Source: Gemmatimonadota bacterium (GTDB lineage: Bacteria > Gemmatimonadota > Gemmatimonadetes > Palauibacterales > Palauibacteraceae). From it: a stretch of DNA of 64,000 bases. Made by a program: the position numbers and the translations under genes. The notes under the pieces were generated by a model. That model did no database searches. It was not told the DNA's origin and was given only the letters and a program-made list of their open reading frames with translations. Shown here in pieces: positions 52,392 to 63,174 of this stretch (within the stretch, counting starts at the first letter, position 1; every line of letters begins with the position of its first letter). The stretch spans positions 22,582-86,581 of the forward strand of contig JBDHIQ010000003.1 in assembly GCA_039587395.1 (NCBI GenBank). The letters are read 5' to 3'.

Positions 52392-53750
52392 TCAGCCGAC
52401 CGGCATCGTCCAGCCGTTGTGGTATGTGGCGGCGAGCATCGCGTTGGCCTCGTCGTCGCCCGAAAACTCTCCGCGTACTTCATCCCAGTACAGCTTGCGG
52501 CCGGTCTTGAACGCGATGTTCCCCAGGTGTGCGTTGACGGCTGCCAGGTAGCCGGCTTCGATCCCGCAGTGGGTCAGCGAGGGGTCCCCGGCCTTGATGG
52601 CCTCGACGAAGTTCTTCGTGTGCACGTTCAGATATCCGCCTCGTTGCGGCTGACTCGGAAGCGACATCGACTTGAAGATCCTGAGGTCTCCCAGCCAGTC
52701 CGTTTCCGGCACGACCCACCATGATTCGCGATTTACCACCAGCGTCCCGTTGCTGCCGATGAACGCGATCCCTTCCGTCCGGTCGTACGGCCCGCCGTCG
52801 ATTCCGGTGGCGTGCTCCCAGAGCATGGTGAAGTCGTCGTACTCGTAGATGGCCTGCAGCGTGTCCGGCGTCTCCGAGGCGTCTTCGGCGGCCGTGTATC
52901 CCAACTTGCCACCGGTGGCCATCACGGAGCGCGGCGCGGTGGCTCCCATGGCCCACAGCACGACGTCGATCTCGTGCACGCCCCAGTCGGTCATCAGCCC
53001 GCCGGCATAGTCCCAGAACCAGCGGAAGTTGAAGTGGAACCGATTGGGATTGAACGGGCGGGCGGGGGCCGGTCCCAGCCACATCGCGTAGTCCACCCCC
53101 TCCGGGGCATCCGCATCCGGTTCGGGTGGAATCGGTTTCATCCACCCCTGGTAGGACCACGCTTTCACCAGGCGGATCTTCCCCATCTCGCCGGAGTTCA
53201 GGTGAGCCAGTGCCTGATCGTAGTGCATTCCGCTGCGCTGCCACTGCCCCACTTGGACCACCTTGCCGGACCGCTCCGCGGCGGCCCGCATCGCGTCGCA
53301 CTCCGCCACCGAATTGGCCAGCGGTTTCTCCACGTAGACGTGCTTGCCGGACGACAGAGCATCCACAGTGATCAGACAGTGCCAATGATCGGGTGTACCC
53401 ACGACGACTGCGTCGATGTCATCGTCCTCCAGGAGCCGCCGGTAGTCCATGTACTGCTGCGGTCGGGTGCCGCGCAGCTCTTCCACGTTGCCGGCAACCT
53501 CGTCCAGTACGCTCTGATCGACATCGCACACGGCAACGCAATCCACTTCGTCCAGTGTCAGCAGAGATTGCATGTCGGACCAACCCATGCCGTTACAGCC
53601 AATCACGCCGCAACGCAGCATGTCGCTGGGGGGAACCTGCTTAGCTGGCGCCTCCTGCCCTTCCGCGTCGGTGGGCGCCACGGCGGCCAGTCCGGCACCG
53701 GCAAGCGCGGTGGACGAGGTCTTAAGAAACTCCCTGCGTGACGTGGTCAT
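52392..53750 (-). CDS. Gfo/Idh/MocA family oxidoreductase with Tat signal peptide
   Basis: ATG at 53750 (MTTSRREFLKTSSTALAGAG...). It has the Rossmann GVIGCNGMG motif and the EKPLANS motif. Confidence 0.85.
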   Translation of the reverse strand: MTTSRREFLKTSSTALAGAGLAAVAPTDAEGQEAPAKQVPPSDMLRCGVIGCNGMGWSDMQSLLTLDEVDCVAVCDVDQSVLDEVAGNVEELRGTRPQQYMDYRRLLEDDDIDAVVVGTPDHWHCLITVDALSSGKHVYVEKPLANSVAECDAMRAAAERSGKVVQVGQWQRSGMHYDQALAHLNSGEMGKIRLVKAWSYQGWMKPIPPEPDADAPEGVDYAMWLGPAPARPFNPNRFHFNFRWFWDYAGGLMTDWGVHEIDVVLWAMGATAPRSVMATGGKLGYTAAEDASETPDTLQAIYEYDDFTMLWEHATGIDGGPYDRTEGIAFIGSNGTLVVNRESWWVVPETDWLGDLRIFKSMSLPSQPQRGGYLNVHTKNFVEAIKAGDPSLTHCGIEAGYLAAVNAHLGNIAFKTGRKLYWDEVRGEFSGDDEANAMLAATYHNGWTMPVG

Positions 53751-53886
53751 GCGGCAGACTCCGGTCTGAGGATCCTGCGGATGTAGAGAATCCGTTGGCT
53801 CAGATCGAATCTGCACCGGACGGGGCCGGCCGTCGAGGCCGGCGCGGAGAATGGGGCGCCGGCGCGTGCCGGGGGCCCTGCCGGAT

Positions 53887-55986
53887 CTAGCGGGAGCCGT
53901 CCCGTTGCCGGGAGATGAGCCCGCGGCCGTAAGTGTTGTTGGCCCGGTTCGCATCCGGAAGGCGCGCCAGGGGATCTATCTGGACGTGCCGGACCGGGCG
54001 ATCCGCAGTCACGATGTACGTGCTGTTGTCCCGCCAGATGTCCACGGGCCAGTGCTGCGTCTCTTCCGACCCGTCGGAGAAGATCAGGCGAACCTCCAGA
54101 GGCATGACCAGGTCACCCTGATTCTGGATGGTCACGTTGGTGGTGCACGCCTCCTGCGTCTGCGTGGACAGATCCGCCTCCCGGCAATCAGACTCGACGT
54201 TCGTGACGGCCTGATCCAGCAGGCCGGTTGTGTAGATCCAGCCCTCGAAGAACCACCCCAGGTCTTGCCCGGACACGTCTTCCATGGTGCGGAAGAAATC
54301 GGCCGGCTGCGGGTGCTTGTACGCCCAGCGCCGGATGTACTCCCGGAAGGCCTCGTCGAACACCTCCGGCTTCAGGACGGCTTCGCGCAGCATGACCAGG
54401 ACCGCCGCCGGCTTGTTGTACGCCAGGAAGCCCAGAGCGAACTCGGAGACGCTGTCAGGGACTGTGAAGATGGGCTGCTCCGAGTAGTCGCCGCGCATCC
54501 CGCTGGCGATCTGGAGCGGCTCCATCTGGGCAGCCAGGATGGGCTCGCCGCCGGAGAACGCCATGGACGAGTAGTAGTTCATGAACGTGTTGAACCCCTC
54601 GTCCATCCACGCGTAATTCCGCTCGTCGGATCCGACGATCATCGGGAACCACGTGTGACCGATCTCGTGGTCGGTCACGGCGAACAGGAATCCCCCTCGT
54701 GCCTGGTGCGAGCAGAACACGATCATCGGGTACTCCATGCCCAGCGCGAGGCCTCCCACGTTGATGGCCACGGGGTACGGGTAGCGGAACCACTGCTCCG
54801 AGTAGTACTGGACCGAGTGCCTGAGGTATTCCGTGGAGCGCTCCCAGCCGGTGAACCCCTGAAAGCCGATGCTCTCCTCCGGATACACCGACATGATCAG
54901 AACATCTTCCCAGCCCGCCGCGTCCCACACGAACGCCTTCGAGGCGGCCCACGCGAAGTCGCGCACGTCTTCGGCCCGGTACTTCCAGGTCAGCGGACCG
55001 TCGCCGTCGGGCCGGGAGCTGCCCTCTCCCACCTCGTCGCGCGAGATGATCATGACGGTTTCGGCACTGCCCCGCGCCTGTTGCAGGCGCTCCTGCTGCT
55101 GAGCGGTGAGGACTTCCTCCGGGTTCAGGAGCTCACCGGTCGCCACGACGATCATGTCTCGCGGAACCGTGATCTCTACCTCGAAATCTCCGTATTCCAG
55201 GTACCATTCGCCCTGCCCCAGGTACGGCGTGGGGTTCCAGCCATCCAGGTCATCGTACGTGAACACCCTGGGATACCACTGCGCCAGCTCGTAGACGACG
55301 CCCTTCTTCGCGTCCAGCATGCCCATGCGGTCCGCGCCGGTCTCGGGAATCTCGAAGGTGAAGTCCAGCGTCAACTCCAGGTTGCCCCCTTCGGCCGCGA
55401 GCGGCTCGGGCAAGAACACTTCCAGCATCGTGTCTTCGACCTGGAACTCGGTCGCGTACGTCTCCCCGCCCTGCTCCACCGTCATGGCCGAGACGTCCAC
55501 GCCCCCGCCTCCAAAGAATCCGGCATGCCTCTGGGCACCGGTCTCCTTGGCCCGTTCGGCCCCGTAGCTGTCGTTGCGGAACAGGTTCTGGTCCAGCTGA
55601 AGCCACAGGCTGGTGAGCTCGTCCGGGCTGTTGTTGGTGTAGGTAATGGTCTCGGTGCCGGTGATGCGGTCTCCTTCCAGGCTGACCTTGATGGCGTAGT
55701 CCACATCCTGCTGCCAGTACGCGTCGCCGGGAGCCCCCGCCGCCGTCCGGAACTCGTTCGGCTCCGGCACATCGGGCGAGGCGAAGGGGTCGCGCGAGGC
55801 CGCCTGGTCTCCCGTCTCCTCTGCCCCGTCGGCTGCAGGGCCATCGGAGGACGCCGACTCCGCCGCCACGTTCGGATCATCCGATTCCTGGGCGCGCAGG
55901 CCGGACACACCGGGCCACACGGGGACGGCTTGCAGGGACACGGCAGCGGCACATACGGCCAGCAGAACACGCAGCGACGCTTTCAT
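53887..55986 (-). CDS. M1 family metallopeptidase (aminopeptidase N-like), secreted
   Basis: Signal peptide begins at the ATG at 55986 (MKASLRVLLAVCAAAVS). It has the zinc motif HEIGHTWF with downstream E and a GMEYP exopeptidase motif. Confidence 0.9.
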   Translation of the reverse strand: MKASLRVLLAVCAAAVSLQAVPVWPGVSGLRAQESDDPNVAAESASSDGPAADGAEETGDQAASRDPFASPDVPEPNEFRTAAGAPGDAYWQQDVDYAIKVSLEGDRITGTETITYTNNSPDELTSLWLQLDQNLFRNDSYGAERAKETGAQRHAGFFGGGGVDVSAMTVEQGGETYATEFQVEDTMLEVFLPEPLAAEGGNLELTLDFTFEIPETGADRMGMLDAKKGVVYELAQWYPRVFTYDDLDGWNPTPYLGQGEWYLEYGDFEVEITVPRDMIVVATGELLNPEEVLTAQQQERLQQARGSAETVMIISRDEVGEGSSRPDGDGPLTWKYRAEDVRDFAWAASKAFVWDAAGWEDVLIMSVYPEESIGFQGFTGWERSTEYLRHSVQYYSEQWFRYPYPVAINVGGLALGMEYPMIVFCSHQARGGFLFAVTDHEIGHTWFPMIVGSDERNYAWMDEGFNTFMNYYSSMAFSGGEPILAAQMEPLQIASGMRGDYSEQPIFTVPDSVSEFALGFLAYNKPAAVLVMLREAVLKPEVFDEAFREYIRRWAYKHPQPADFFRTMEDVSGQDLGWFFEGWIYTTGLLDQAVTNVESDCREADLSTQTQEACTTNVTIQNQGDLVMPLEVRLIFSDGSEETQHWPVDIWRDNSTYIVTADRPVRHVQIDPLARLPDANRANNTYGRGLISRQRDGSR

Positions 55987-56145
55987 TCTAGGCAGACTCA
56001 CCTTAGCGGAGTGCATTCACAATTGATCTCCCAGCTATGTAAACTCTCCGGGCGAAGAAAAGTTCAGTTGAGGGTTCCATCGGATATGGAGCGGGGCTGC
56101 GATGGGTGAAGACGGGGTGCAGGACAGGCTGTCTACTCCGACTGC

Positions 56146-56787
56146 TTACTCCGACCCGGCCTCAGGGTCGGGCTCCTCCACCAATCGGAACAGGAGCCCG
56201 CTGGTGCTCACGCGCAGCTCGTACGTGCCCTCCGCCGGTACGAAGGAGGCGGATCCGTACTCCGCGTCCACGACCGGAAGCAGCACAGGCCGGTTTCGCG
56301 CGACGTCGAAGAGGTCAAACGGCTTGCGCCGGGCGATGGAGTATACGGTACGGGGGCTGGTCTGCTCATCCTCCAGATCCGCGTAGCGACCGGCAACGCG
56401 ATCCAGTTCGTACTCCGTGTGAAGCCCCAGGAAGTTCACCCACGGCTTCCACTTGAGGATGTGCGCGTCCACGTAAAGCTCATCGCCCAGCAGCGTGACC
56501 GATAGGGTGTCGCCCTCAGGGAACTGGAAGTGGGCGCGGAATCTCTCGTCATCGATCCGCTCGGTGTGGACTATGGCCGCCACTTCCTCCTGCGTGAGCG
56601 CCCGGTAGCCCTGTGTTCCGATGGCCAGCACGCCTGCGAGCAGTCCCGTCATCAGCAGGAACGCGCCGAGAACCATACCCAAGAAGACGCTGCTTCCCGA
56701 CTTCCAGCGCGAACCGAGCGCCGCCACGAGAAAGCACACGAAGGCAAGGGTCAGCGAACCCAGCGCGACCTGAGATAGAAGGCTCAT
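56146..56787 (-). CDS. Hypothetical membrane protein
   Basis: 213 aa with two N-terminal TM helices. No recognisable domain. Confidence 0.5.
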   Translation of the reverse strand: MSLLSQVALGSLTLAFVCFLVAALGSRWKSGSSVFLGMVLGAFLLMTGLLAGVLAIGTQGYRALTQEEVAAIVHTERIDDERFRAHFQFPEGDTLSVTLLGDELYVDAHILKWKPWVNFLGLHTEYELDRVAGRYADLEDEQTSPRTVYSIARRKPFDLFDVARNRPVLLPVVDAEYGSASFVPAEGTYELRVSTSGLLFRLVEEPDPEAGSE

Positions 56788-56832
56788 GCCGTTAACAATC
56801 GCACGGATCTCGATCCGCGTAAAGGCACGGCC

Positions 56833-59622
56833 TCAATCCGCCTGCCGGTCGGAAAGGACCACATTGTAGCCGGTGTCCGGGTCGAACACCGTGATTTCGT
56901 ATAGCCCGGGCCGTCGTACCCTGGGCTCGAACGAGCGTCCCCGAATCCGGATCGTGTAGACTATCTGACCGGTGCCGCTGTCGCTCACCTGGATCACCGG
57001 ATCCTCGATCTCGGATTCGATCAACCCCAGACTGGGGCCACCGTACGGGAAACCGTTGTCCAGCTGGTTGATGGTGATGGGCCACCCGGCGTACGGCTCC
57101 CCACCCTGGGCCGGATCCACCCAGCGAGGCCAGGCGGCCAGGTTGATCTGCCGGCTCTCTCTGTCGAACCTCGCGATGCCGTAGCCCGGAGCGCGGTGCG
57201 TGATGGCCGTGGGCTCCACGTCGTGGGCGGCGGGATTGGCCACCGCGTGCACGGTCATCCGGTTGCCGAACCCGTCCAGATACTCCCCGGTGTAGGGGGC
57301 CCTCCCGGCCACATGATTGCCTCCCGGTTCTGGAGGAAACCAGCGGCGTGGCCAGATGTTGGCCACCGAAGGCACGCACAACGCCCACCCGGCGTCGTTC
57401 CACTCCTCGATCCCGTATTGAATGGTGCTGGCCAGGTGCTGATCGCCCGCCAGGTGCACCGCAAACGCCTTCCGCATCTTCCGCACCGCGTCATCGCGCG
57501 GCGTCTGCGGCCAACCGTTCGAGTCGTGATCGGACACCGGCCGCTCACCGATCGCATACTCGCCCGGAGCTGGCACCGGGAGGCTCGGAATGATGGCCCC
57601 GGAGGTAGCGCCGGCCGGCAACGTCGCCACGTTGGCAAAGATGGTCTGCGAGATCACAGCCTTCATCCACGCCCCACCGCTCCAGTCGGCCGCCCAGTGC
57701 TCCAGGAACTCCAGCTGACGTTCACCCAGAAGAACCGCACCGTCCACATCGCCCTGCGTGGCAGCCACGTAGTCCGGGTTCTGCGACCAACCGTTCACGA
57801 TATCCGCAGCGGGCACGGCCACCGTGGGAGACGACTTCCACTTGCGGTCCTCCAGCACGGCGAAGCTCACCCCGCCGTACAGAACGTCCGTGTAATAGAC
57901 GGTGATCCCCTGCTCGACCGGCGTCGCGTCGAACGGTTCCGGAAAGTGACTGGTCTGCGTGCGCTGGACCGCGTTCACGAACCGCGGCGCCATGGTGTAG
58001 CCGCCCGCGTCCTGTCCCCGCTGGCCGTACGGCGACGCGGCGCGCCCGCCGGCGCCCCACACGTTGCCGTGGTACACGTCGTGATCGTCGGGAATCGATA
58101 CGGAGGGGATGTCCTTCAGCAGCTCCCGATACTCCCAGCCGAACAGATACCACTTGCGCAGGTAGTCCAGGATCGCGGTGTCCGTGGGCTCGCGCTGGAT
58201 CCCGTATTCCCCCACCCGCTCGTAGATGTTGTCGCCGGTGTAGGCCAGGAAGTCGGGCTGGTGCCAGCGGACGCTCCGCACGATGTCGGCGTGCGGGAAG
58301 CCCAGATCGTTGTTGCCGGTGAATGCCGCGACTATCAGCTCGGGCTTGTCGACGGGATCGCGGCGGATGGTCCCCGAGTACGCGTGGCGGACCGTCCGGC
58401 CGGCACCGTCCGGCATCTCGTAGATCACGCGGTACGGAGTGTCCCGGGTATCGTCCCATTCAGGCACGCGGAAACGGGCCGTGCGGGCGTCGGGATCGAT
58501 TGCCGACTCCCCCGCCCTGCGCCAGCCTTCCTGGCTGGCCTGTGCCGCCGCCCGCCCCGGGTCCGTGTCGTCCGCGATCTCCAGCCACACGGCGCGCGGC
58601 GCGTTCCCGACCGGCGCCATCTGCGCCGTCAGATTGAGCGTTCCGCGGCTCAGCGTGTGAAGCGTGAACAGAATGGGGCCGTAGGCGCGCTCCGGGTGGG
58701 CCGCCACGCTGGAGCCCGAGACTTTCCAGTCGCGGAACCAGAAGCGCACCGTGCCGCCGCGCTGCGTTCCCGGCTTGCCCGTCCAGCCCGTCTCGCGGAT
58801 TTCCTGCTCCGGCAGCGGTGTATTCTCCACCGGGCCGGAGTGAGAAACGAGCGCCAGGCCGCCCACGAGCCATCCGGCGGGCACCTGGCGGGTGAGGACA
58901 GCGCGCTCGTCCCCGGCCGGCGTGAGGACGGCAAGCCTGACCTGGTAGCGATCTGCGGCTTCGGTCTCGGTCTCCGCGCTCCGCGCATCCACGGGCTCGG
59001 CGTCCAGGCGCAACTCTACATCACCCGGAATCCCGCCGACCAGGGGCCCGGCCAGTGAGTCGGGATTGCCTATGAACAGCCGTCCGTCCGTGAGCAGGCC
59101 TGCGTTGAGTCCCACTCCGCGAACCGCGCTGTCCCGGTAGTCGTCAAAGGAGCCCCGGATTCCGACGCGAAAGCCGACGAATCCTTCCTGGAGCGAATCC
59201 GCGTCCTCCTCAAGCCGGCCCAGATCCTCCTCGAGCCGGCCGAGGCGCACGCGCAGGTGAAGGTCGCCGCCGTTTCCCGACACTTCCCGGGTCAGCAGAA
59301 ACACGTTGCGATCGCCGCCGGCCGCCACGTTCTCGATACGCCCGACTCGCAACCGCCAGTCCTGCATCGGATTGGACCAGTATTCCGGACCGATCCAGAC
59401 GCGGTCCGCCTCGCTGGAGAAGCGGCTCTGGAAATCCTCGCCGAACTGGCTATCGCAGGCCGCGGGCAGGAGCAGCGTCGCCAAGAGCGAGAGCGCCAGG
59501 AGCGGAGACGCCGGGCCCGGGGACCTACGCCTCCGGCTCAGCCTCTCCGGACGCGCGCGCTTGCGCACGCCGGCTAGCCGTCGGCCAGTGGCTCGAGCGT
59601 GGTAAAGCACCACGGCCACCAT
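56833..59622 (-). CDS. PhoD-like alkaline phosphatase / metallophosphatase, secreted (start uncertain)
   Basis: It has the PhoD-family calcineurin-like core (DFLAYTGDNIYE, GDQHLAS). The signal-like segment is SPLLALSLLATLLLPAAC. The 5' end of the ORF overlaps the neighbouring gene, so the true start is probably internal or non-ATG. Confidence 0.8.
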   Translation of the reverse strand: MVAVVLYHARATGRRLAGVRKRARPERLSRRRRSPGPASPLLALSLLATLLLPAACDSQFGEDFQSRFSSEADRVWIGPEYWSNPMQDWRLRVGRIENVAAGGDRNVFLLTREVSGNGGDLHLRVRLGRLEEDLGRLEEDADSLQEGFVGFRVGIRGSFDDYRDSAVRGVGLNAGLLTDGRLFIGNPDSLAGPLVGGIPGDVELRLDAEPVDARSAETETEAADRYQVRLAVLTPAGDERAVLTRQVPAGWLVGGLALVSHSGPVENTPLPEQEIRETGWTGKPGTQRGGTVRFWFRDWKVSGSSVAAHPERAYGPILFTLHTLSRGTLNLTAQMAPVGNAPRAVWLEIADDTDPGRAAAQASQEGWRRAGESAIDPDARTARFRVPEWDDTRDTPYRVIYEMPDGAGRTVRHAYSGTIRRDPVDKPELIVAAFTGNNDLGFPHADIVRSVRWHQPDFLAYTGDNIYERVGEYGIQREPTDTAILDYLRKWYLFGWEYRELLKDIPSVSIPDDHDVYHGNVWGAGGRAASPYGQRGQDAGGYTMAPRFVNAVQRTQTSHFPEPFDATPVEQGITVYYTDVLYGGVSFAVLEDRKWKSSPTVAVPAADIVNGWSQNPDYVAATQGDVDGAVLLGERQLEFLEHWAADWSGGAWMKAVISQTIFANVATLPAGATSGAIIPSLPVPAPGEYAIGERPVSDHDSNGWPQTPRDDAVRKMRKAFAVHLAGDQHLASTIQYGIEEWNDAGWALCVPSVANIWPRRWFPPEPGGNHVAGRAPYTGEYLDGFGNRMTVHAVANPAAHDVEPTAITHRAPGYGIARFDRESRQINLAAWPRWVDPAQGGEPYAGWPITINQLDNGFPYGGPSLGLIESEIEDPVIQVSDSGTGQIVYTIRIRGRSFEPRVRRPGLYEITVFDPDTGYNVVLSDRQAD

Positions 59623-60137
59623 GTCTGGCTGGGCCAGGCGCGGCCGAACTCCGTGCCGTCGGCCAGTCTTACGCGAAACGGTTGCCAGGACTGCGTCATG
59701 TCGCTGACAGCCGTCTCGTCTCCCTGGAAGGCCTCTCCGACCCGGTAGCCGGCCGTGACCGTTTCGCCGGCCTGAACGCCCGGAACGCTGCGCAGCGCCA
59801 GCGTGCAGAGTCGCTCACCCTGGCTGTCGCGGAGGTGCACCAGCCCCTCGAACCCGGCCAGTCCCCGGGCGCTGAGGTCCGTGATGGCCAGGCGGATCAC
59901 GTCCCCCGTCTTCTCTAGCACTTCCACGGTGAGCAGCGCCTCCATCTGCTCCATCAGCTCCGACCGCCGCGACCGTGCCTCGCGGATCCCGGTGATCCAC
60001 TTCTCCTCCGCCTCCGCCGCCGACAGCGCGGTCGCGTCCGGGGTGGGGGAAGCGGGCCCGGCACGCGTTCGCCAGACGCCGGCTACGATGACGACTGCCA
60101 CGACCAACAGTAGAACCAGCTTTTGCAGGGTACTCAT
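59574..60137 (-). CDS. Hypothetical secreted/anchored protein
   Basis: 187 aa. It has an N-terminal hydrophobic helix. No recognisable domain. Confidence 0.45.
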   Translation of the reverse strand: MSTLQKLVLLLVVAVVIVAGVWRTRAGPASPTPDATALSAAEAEEKWITGIREARSRRSELMEQMEALLTVEVLEKTGDVIRLAITDLSARGLAGFEGLVHLRDSQGERLCTLALRSVPGVQAGETVTAGYRVGEAFQGDETAVSDMTQSWQPFRVRLADGTEFGRAWPSQTWWPWCFTTLEPLADG

Positions 60138-60173
60138 AGCGCGCTCTCCCGGGGTGCCTGAGGGAAGTGGACC

Positions 60174-60611
60174 CTATGCGGCCTTCTTGCGGCCACCAAG
60201 CAAGACTCCCACGGCCCCGATGACCGGGTTGAGGAGGGCCATCCAGACCGGTTGGATCGCCTCCTGCATCGCTTCCATGCCTCCCAGGCCATCGCACGCC
60301 ACGGCGGACGCCTCGCCGGGACCGGTGAACACAGGGATCGCGAACACCAGCCCGAGGACGATGACCAGTCCAGCCAGGGCCTGTACCGTGCCGCGCGTCT
60401 TCCCCACGGCCAGACAGACCTTGCCGCCCAGCAAGGCGGCCACGAAACCAAGCACAATGCTCGCGATGATCCACGCAGCGGACACATCGCAGGAACCCGC
60501 CTGGAAGGATCTTCCAGGCCCGAGCAGGAGATAGGTAGTCGAGAACAGGATGAATACACCTGCAAACATGGTGACGTAGCCAAGAACGACGGCGCCGATC
60601 TTCCTGCCCAT
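60174..60611 (-). CDS. Hypothetical polytopic membrane protein
   Basis: Internal ATG (MGRKIGAVVLGYVTMFAGVFILF...) is followed by 4 predicted TM helices. The track ORF extends further upstream. Confidence 0.5.
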   Translation of the reverse strand: MGRKIGAVVLGYVTMFAGVFILFSTTYLLLGPGRSFQAGSCDVSAAWIIASIVLGFVAALLGGKVCLAVGKTRGTVQALAGLVIVLGLVFAIPVFTGPGEASAVACDGLGGMEAMQEAIQPVWMALLNPVIGAVGVLLGGRKKAA

Positions 60612-60818
60612 GTGACTTCTCCGCGTGCCAGGGTGATCCAAGGATAGGGCGAACTCATGAACGATGGTCTGGTTGCCGGAACTTGGCAAAGGGTGGCGAC
60701 AGAGTGGCTGTGGGGTGGCGGCTTGTACGGGTCCGGGTTTGCGGGCAGATTGCCCCTCTCTGAGATGACCGAGCCGTACGCCACCAGCGCGCGATCAACA
60801 AACACCCGGAGACCTCAC

Positions 60819-63050
60819 ATGACCGGAAGCTGCACCACCATTCGATTCCCGGCGATGGCGCTTGCCGCCATGCTGTCCCTGACCGTCGTTCCGTGTGTAG
60901 CCGTCGGCCTTCTCCCGGGAGGCTTGCACGCCCAGCAGAGCGCCCGCGCAGGAGATGAGGCGGCCGACCGCTGGACGCCCGCGCTGTCGATGGAGTACCG
61001 CGCCATCCAGGGCACTGCCATCGCGCCGGACGGCCAGCGCGTTGCGTACATCGTCCGCGAGCCGTTGATGGATGGCGACGAGTCCAGCTACCTGAGCCAC
61101 ATCTGGGTCGCCTCGGCCGACGGCTCGAGCAATCGGCAGTACACCCAGGGAGAGAAGTCCGCCGGCAGCCCCCGCTTCTCGCCGGACGGAAACTGGCTGG
61201 CGTTCAGCACATCGCGCTCGGACAAGAGCCAGGTGTGGCTGCTCCCGATGCGGGGAGGCGAGGCGGTCCAGGCCACCGACGCCGAATCCGGCGTCGGTTC
61301 GTTCCGCTGGTCTCCCGACGGGACACGGATCGCCCTCCTGATGCGAGACCCCGAGACGAAGGAAGAGAAGAAAGCCAAACAGGAAAAGCGCGACGTCATC
61401 CTGGTCGACCAGGAGTTCAAGTACTCGCACCTGTACGTGGCGGAGATCGAGCCTGGAACGGATGAGCCCGCGAAGGCGATCCGCCTGACTGCCGGGGACT
61501 TCCACATCACCGGCTTTGACTGGTCGCCCGACGGATCCGCGATCGTCTTCTCTCACCAGGCGGACCCGCGCATCAACACCGCCCGCCTGGTCGGCGATAT
61601 CTCGGTCGTGACCGTGCCATCCAGCGAGGAGGCCAGGGCGGCCCTCGAGGCGAAGGCCGAGAAGGAAGCGGGTGAGACGAAGGACGACGAGGCAGAGGGC
61701 GAGGACGGCCCGGAAGCCGAAGAGCAGGCGGATGAGCCCCAGGCGCTGGGCGTCGTGACTCCGCTCATTACCGGCGCGGGCGTCGAGGGGAGCCCCCGCT
61801 GGTCTCCCGACGGCCGCTGGATAGCCTACGTATCCACTGGCAGCCAGCCTGAGCCGATCGGGTTGGGCGACGTGTTCATCGTGCCGGCGGGCGGAGGCGA
61901 CGCATACATGCTGGCCGAGACGCCCAATCGCAGCGCCAACATTCTTGGCTGGGCGGCCGACAGCCGGGAGCTGTACCTGGGCGAGGTGATGGGCACCACG
62001 GTTCAGGTCGTCGCTCTGCCCATCGATGGAGAAGCTGTGCGTCCAGTGACCTCCGGACAGGGGGTATTCGGGTCGGTGTCGATGACCCCGGACACGGACC
62101 GGATGGCGTTCACCTGGCAGACCCCGGATCAGCCCTGGGACGTCTACGTATCGGATACGGATGCGTTCGCCCCGCAGCGCGTGACCGACATCCATGCCGA
62201 CGTCGCGCGTCCAGCGATGGGGCGCACGGAACTACTCTCGTGGACGGCGCCGGACGGAACCCCGGTAGAGGGGCTGCTCACCTACCCGGTCGACTACGAA
62301 GAAGGCCGTCAGGTGCCGCTCATCCTGAACGTGCACGGCGGACCGGCCGGCGTGTACACCCAGGGCTTCACCGGGAGCGCCAGTATCTACATGCTCCAGT
62401 ACTTCGCGCAGGAAGGCTTCGCGGTGCTGAGGCCGAATCCGCGCGGCAGCACGGGCTACGGGAAAGACTTTCGCTACGCCAACTTCAGGGACTGGGGATA
62501 CGGTGATCTGAGCGACCTCATGTCAGGGGTCGATCACGTGATCGAGATGGGCGTCGCACACCCCGACAGCCTGCTGCTCATGGGTTGGAGCTATGGTGGG
62601 TACATGACCTCCTTTGCGGTCACGCAGACGGACCGCTTCCGGGCTGCCAGCATGGGCGCCGGGCTGCCGAACCTGGTCAGCATGACCACCACTACCGATA
62701 TCGGCGACTATCTGGTCGGCCACATGGGCGCCGAGTACTGGGAGGATTACGAGACGTACGAGAAGCACTCCGCCGTCTATCACATCGCCAACGTGGTGAC
62801 GCCCACCCAGGTGATCCACGGGGCAAACGATCTGCGGGTGCCGTTCACGCAGGGGCAGGAATTCTACCGGTCGCTGCTGCGGCTCGGAGTGCCGACGGAG
62901 ATGATAGTCTACCCGCGGACCCCGCACGGACCCAGAGAGCCCAAGTTCGTGATGGATGTCTCGGAGCGCATCCTGACGTGGTTCAACAAACACCTGGGCA
63001 AGGACCCGGATGAGCAGGACGTCACGGCCAGCGCCGGCGGAGCCGAGTAA
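60819..63050 (+). CDS. S9 family serine peptidase (acylaminoacyl-peptidase/dipeptidyl-peptidase type), secreted
   Basis: The internal Met begins a signal peptide (MTGSCTTIRFPAMALAAMLSLTVVP). It has propeller WSPDG repeats, a GWSYGGYMT nucleophile elbow and a HGANDLRVP block. Confidence 0.9.
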   Translation: MTGSCTTIRFPAMALAAMLSLTVVPCVAVGLLPGGLHAQQSARAGDEAADRWTPALSMEYRAIQGTAIAPDGQRVAYIVREPLMDGDESSYLSHIWVASADGSSNRQYTQGEKSAGSPRFSPDGNWLAFSTSRSDKSQVWLLPMRGGEAVQATDAESGVGSFRWSPDGTRIALLMRDPETKEEKKAKQEKRDVILVDQEFKYSHLYVAEIEPGTDEPAKAIRLTAGDFHITGFDWSPDGSAIVFSHQADPRINTARLVGDISVVTVPSSEEARAALEAKAEKEAGETKDDEAEGEDGPEAEEQADEPQALGVVTPLITGAGVEGSPRWSPDGRWIAYVSTGSQPEPIGLGDVFIVPAGGGDAYMLAETPNRSANILGWAADSRELYLGEVMGTTVQVVALPIDGEAVRPVTSGQGVFGSVSMTPDTDRMAFTWQTPDQPWDVYVSDTDAFAPQRVTDIHADVARPAMGRTELLSWTAPDGTPVEGLLTYPVDYEEGRQVPLILNVHGGPAGVYTQGFTGSASIYMLQYFAQEGFAVLRPNPRGSTGYGKDFRYANFRDWGYGDLSDLMSGVDHVIEMGVAHPDSLLLMGWSYGGYMTSFAVTQTDRFRAASMGAGLPNLVSMTTTTDIGDYLVGHMGAEYWEDYETYEKHSAVYHIANVVTPTQVIHGANDLRVPFTQGQEFYRSLLRLGVPTEMIVYPRTPHGPREPKFVMDVSERILTWFNKHLGKDPDEQDVTASAGGAE

Positions 63051-63174
63051 GCGCAGGCCAGCTCAGGCGGACCGCGGCAGATAGAGTCAGCAAGAGAGGA
63101 TTTCGAGATGGTGCAGTGGAAGACGGCCCGGCGCAGCAAGAACGGTCGAGGACCGGAGAGGACAGCGCCGCGCC

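Noticed and set aside
53851-56109. 752-aa plus-strand ORF
   Set aside because: It is antisense to the M1 metallopeptidase (HEIGH motif on the minus strand) and R/L/G-rich. The same applies to other long shadow ORFs: 12600..14114(+), 14922..16277(+), 26346..27389(-), 34025..35239(-), 36896..37891(-), 40099..41427(+), 41458..43182(-), 43510..45093(-), 57196..59058(+) and 60795..62195(-).
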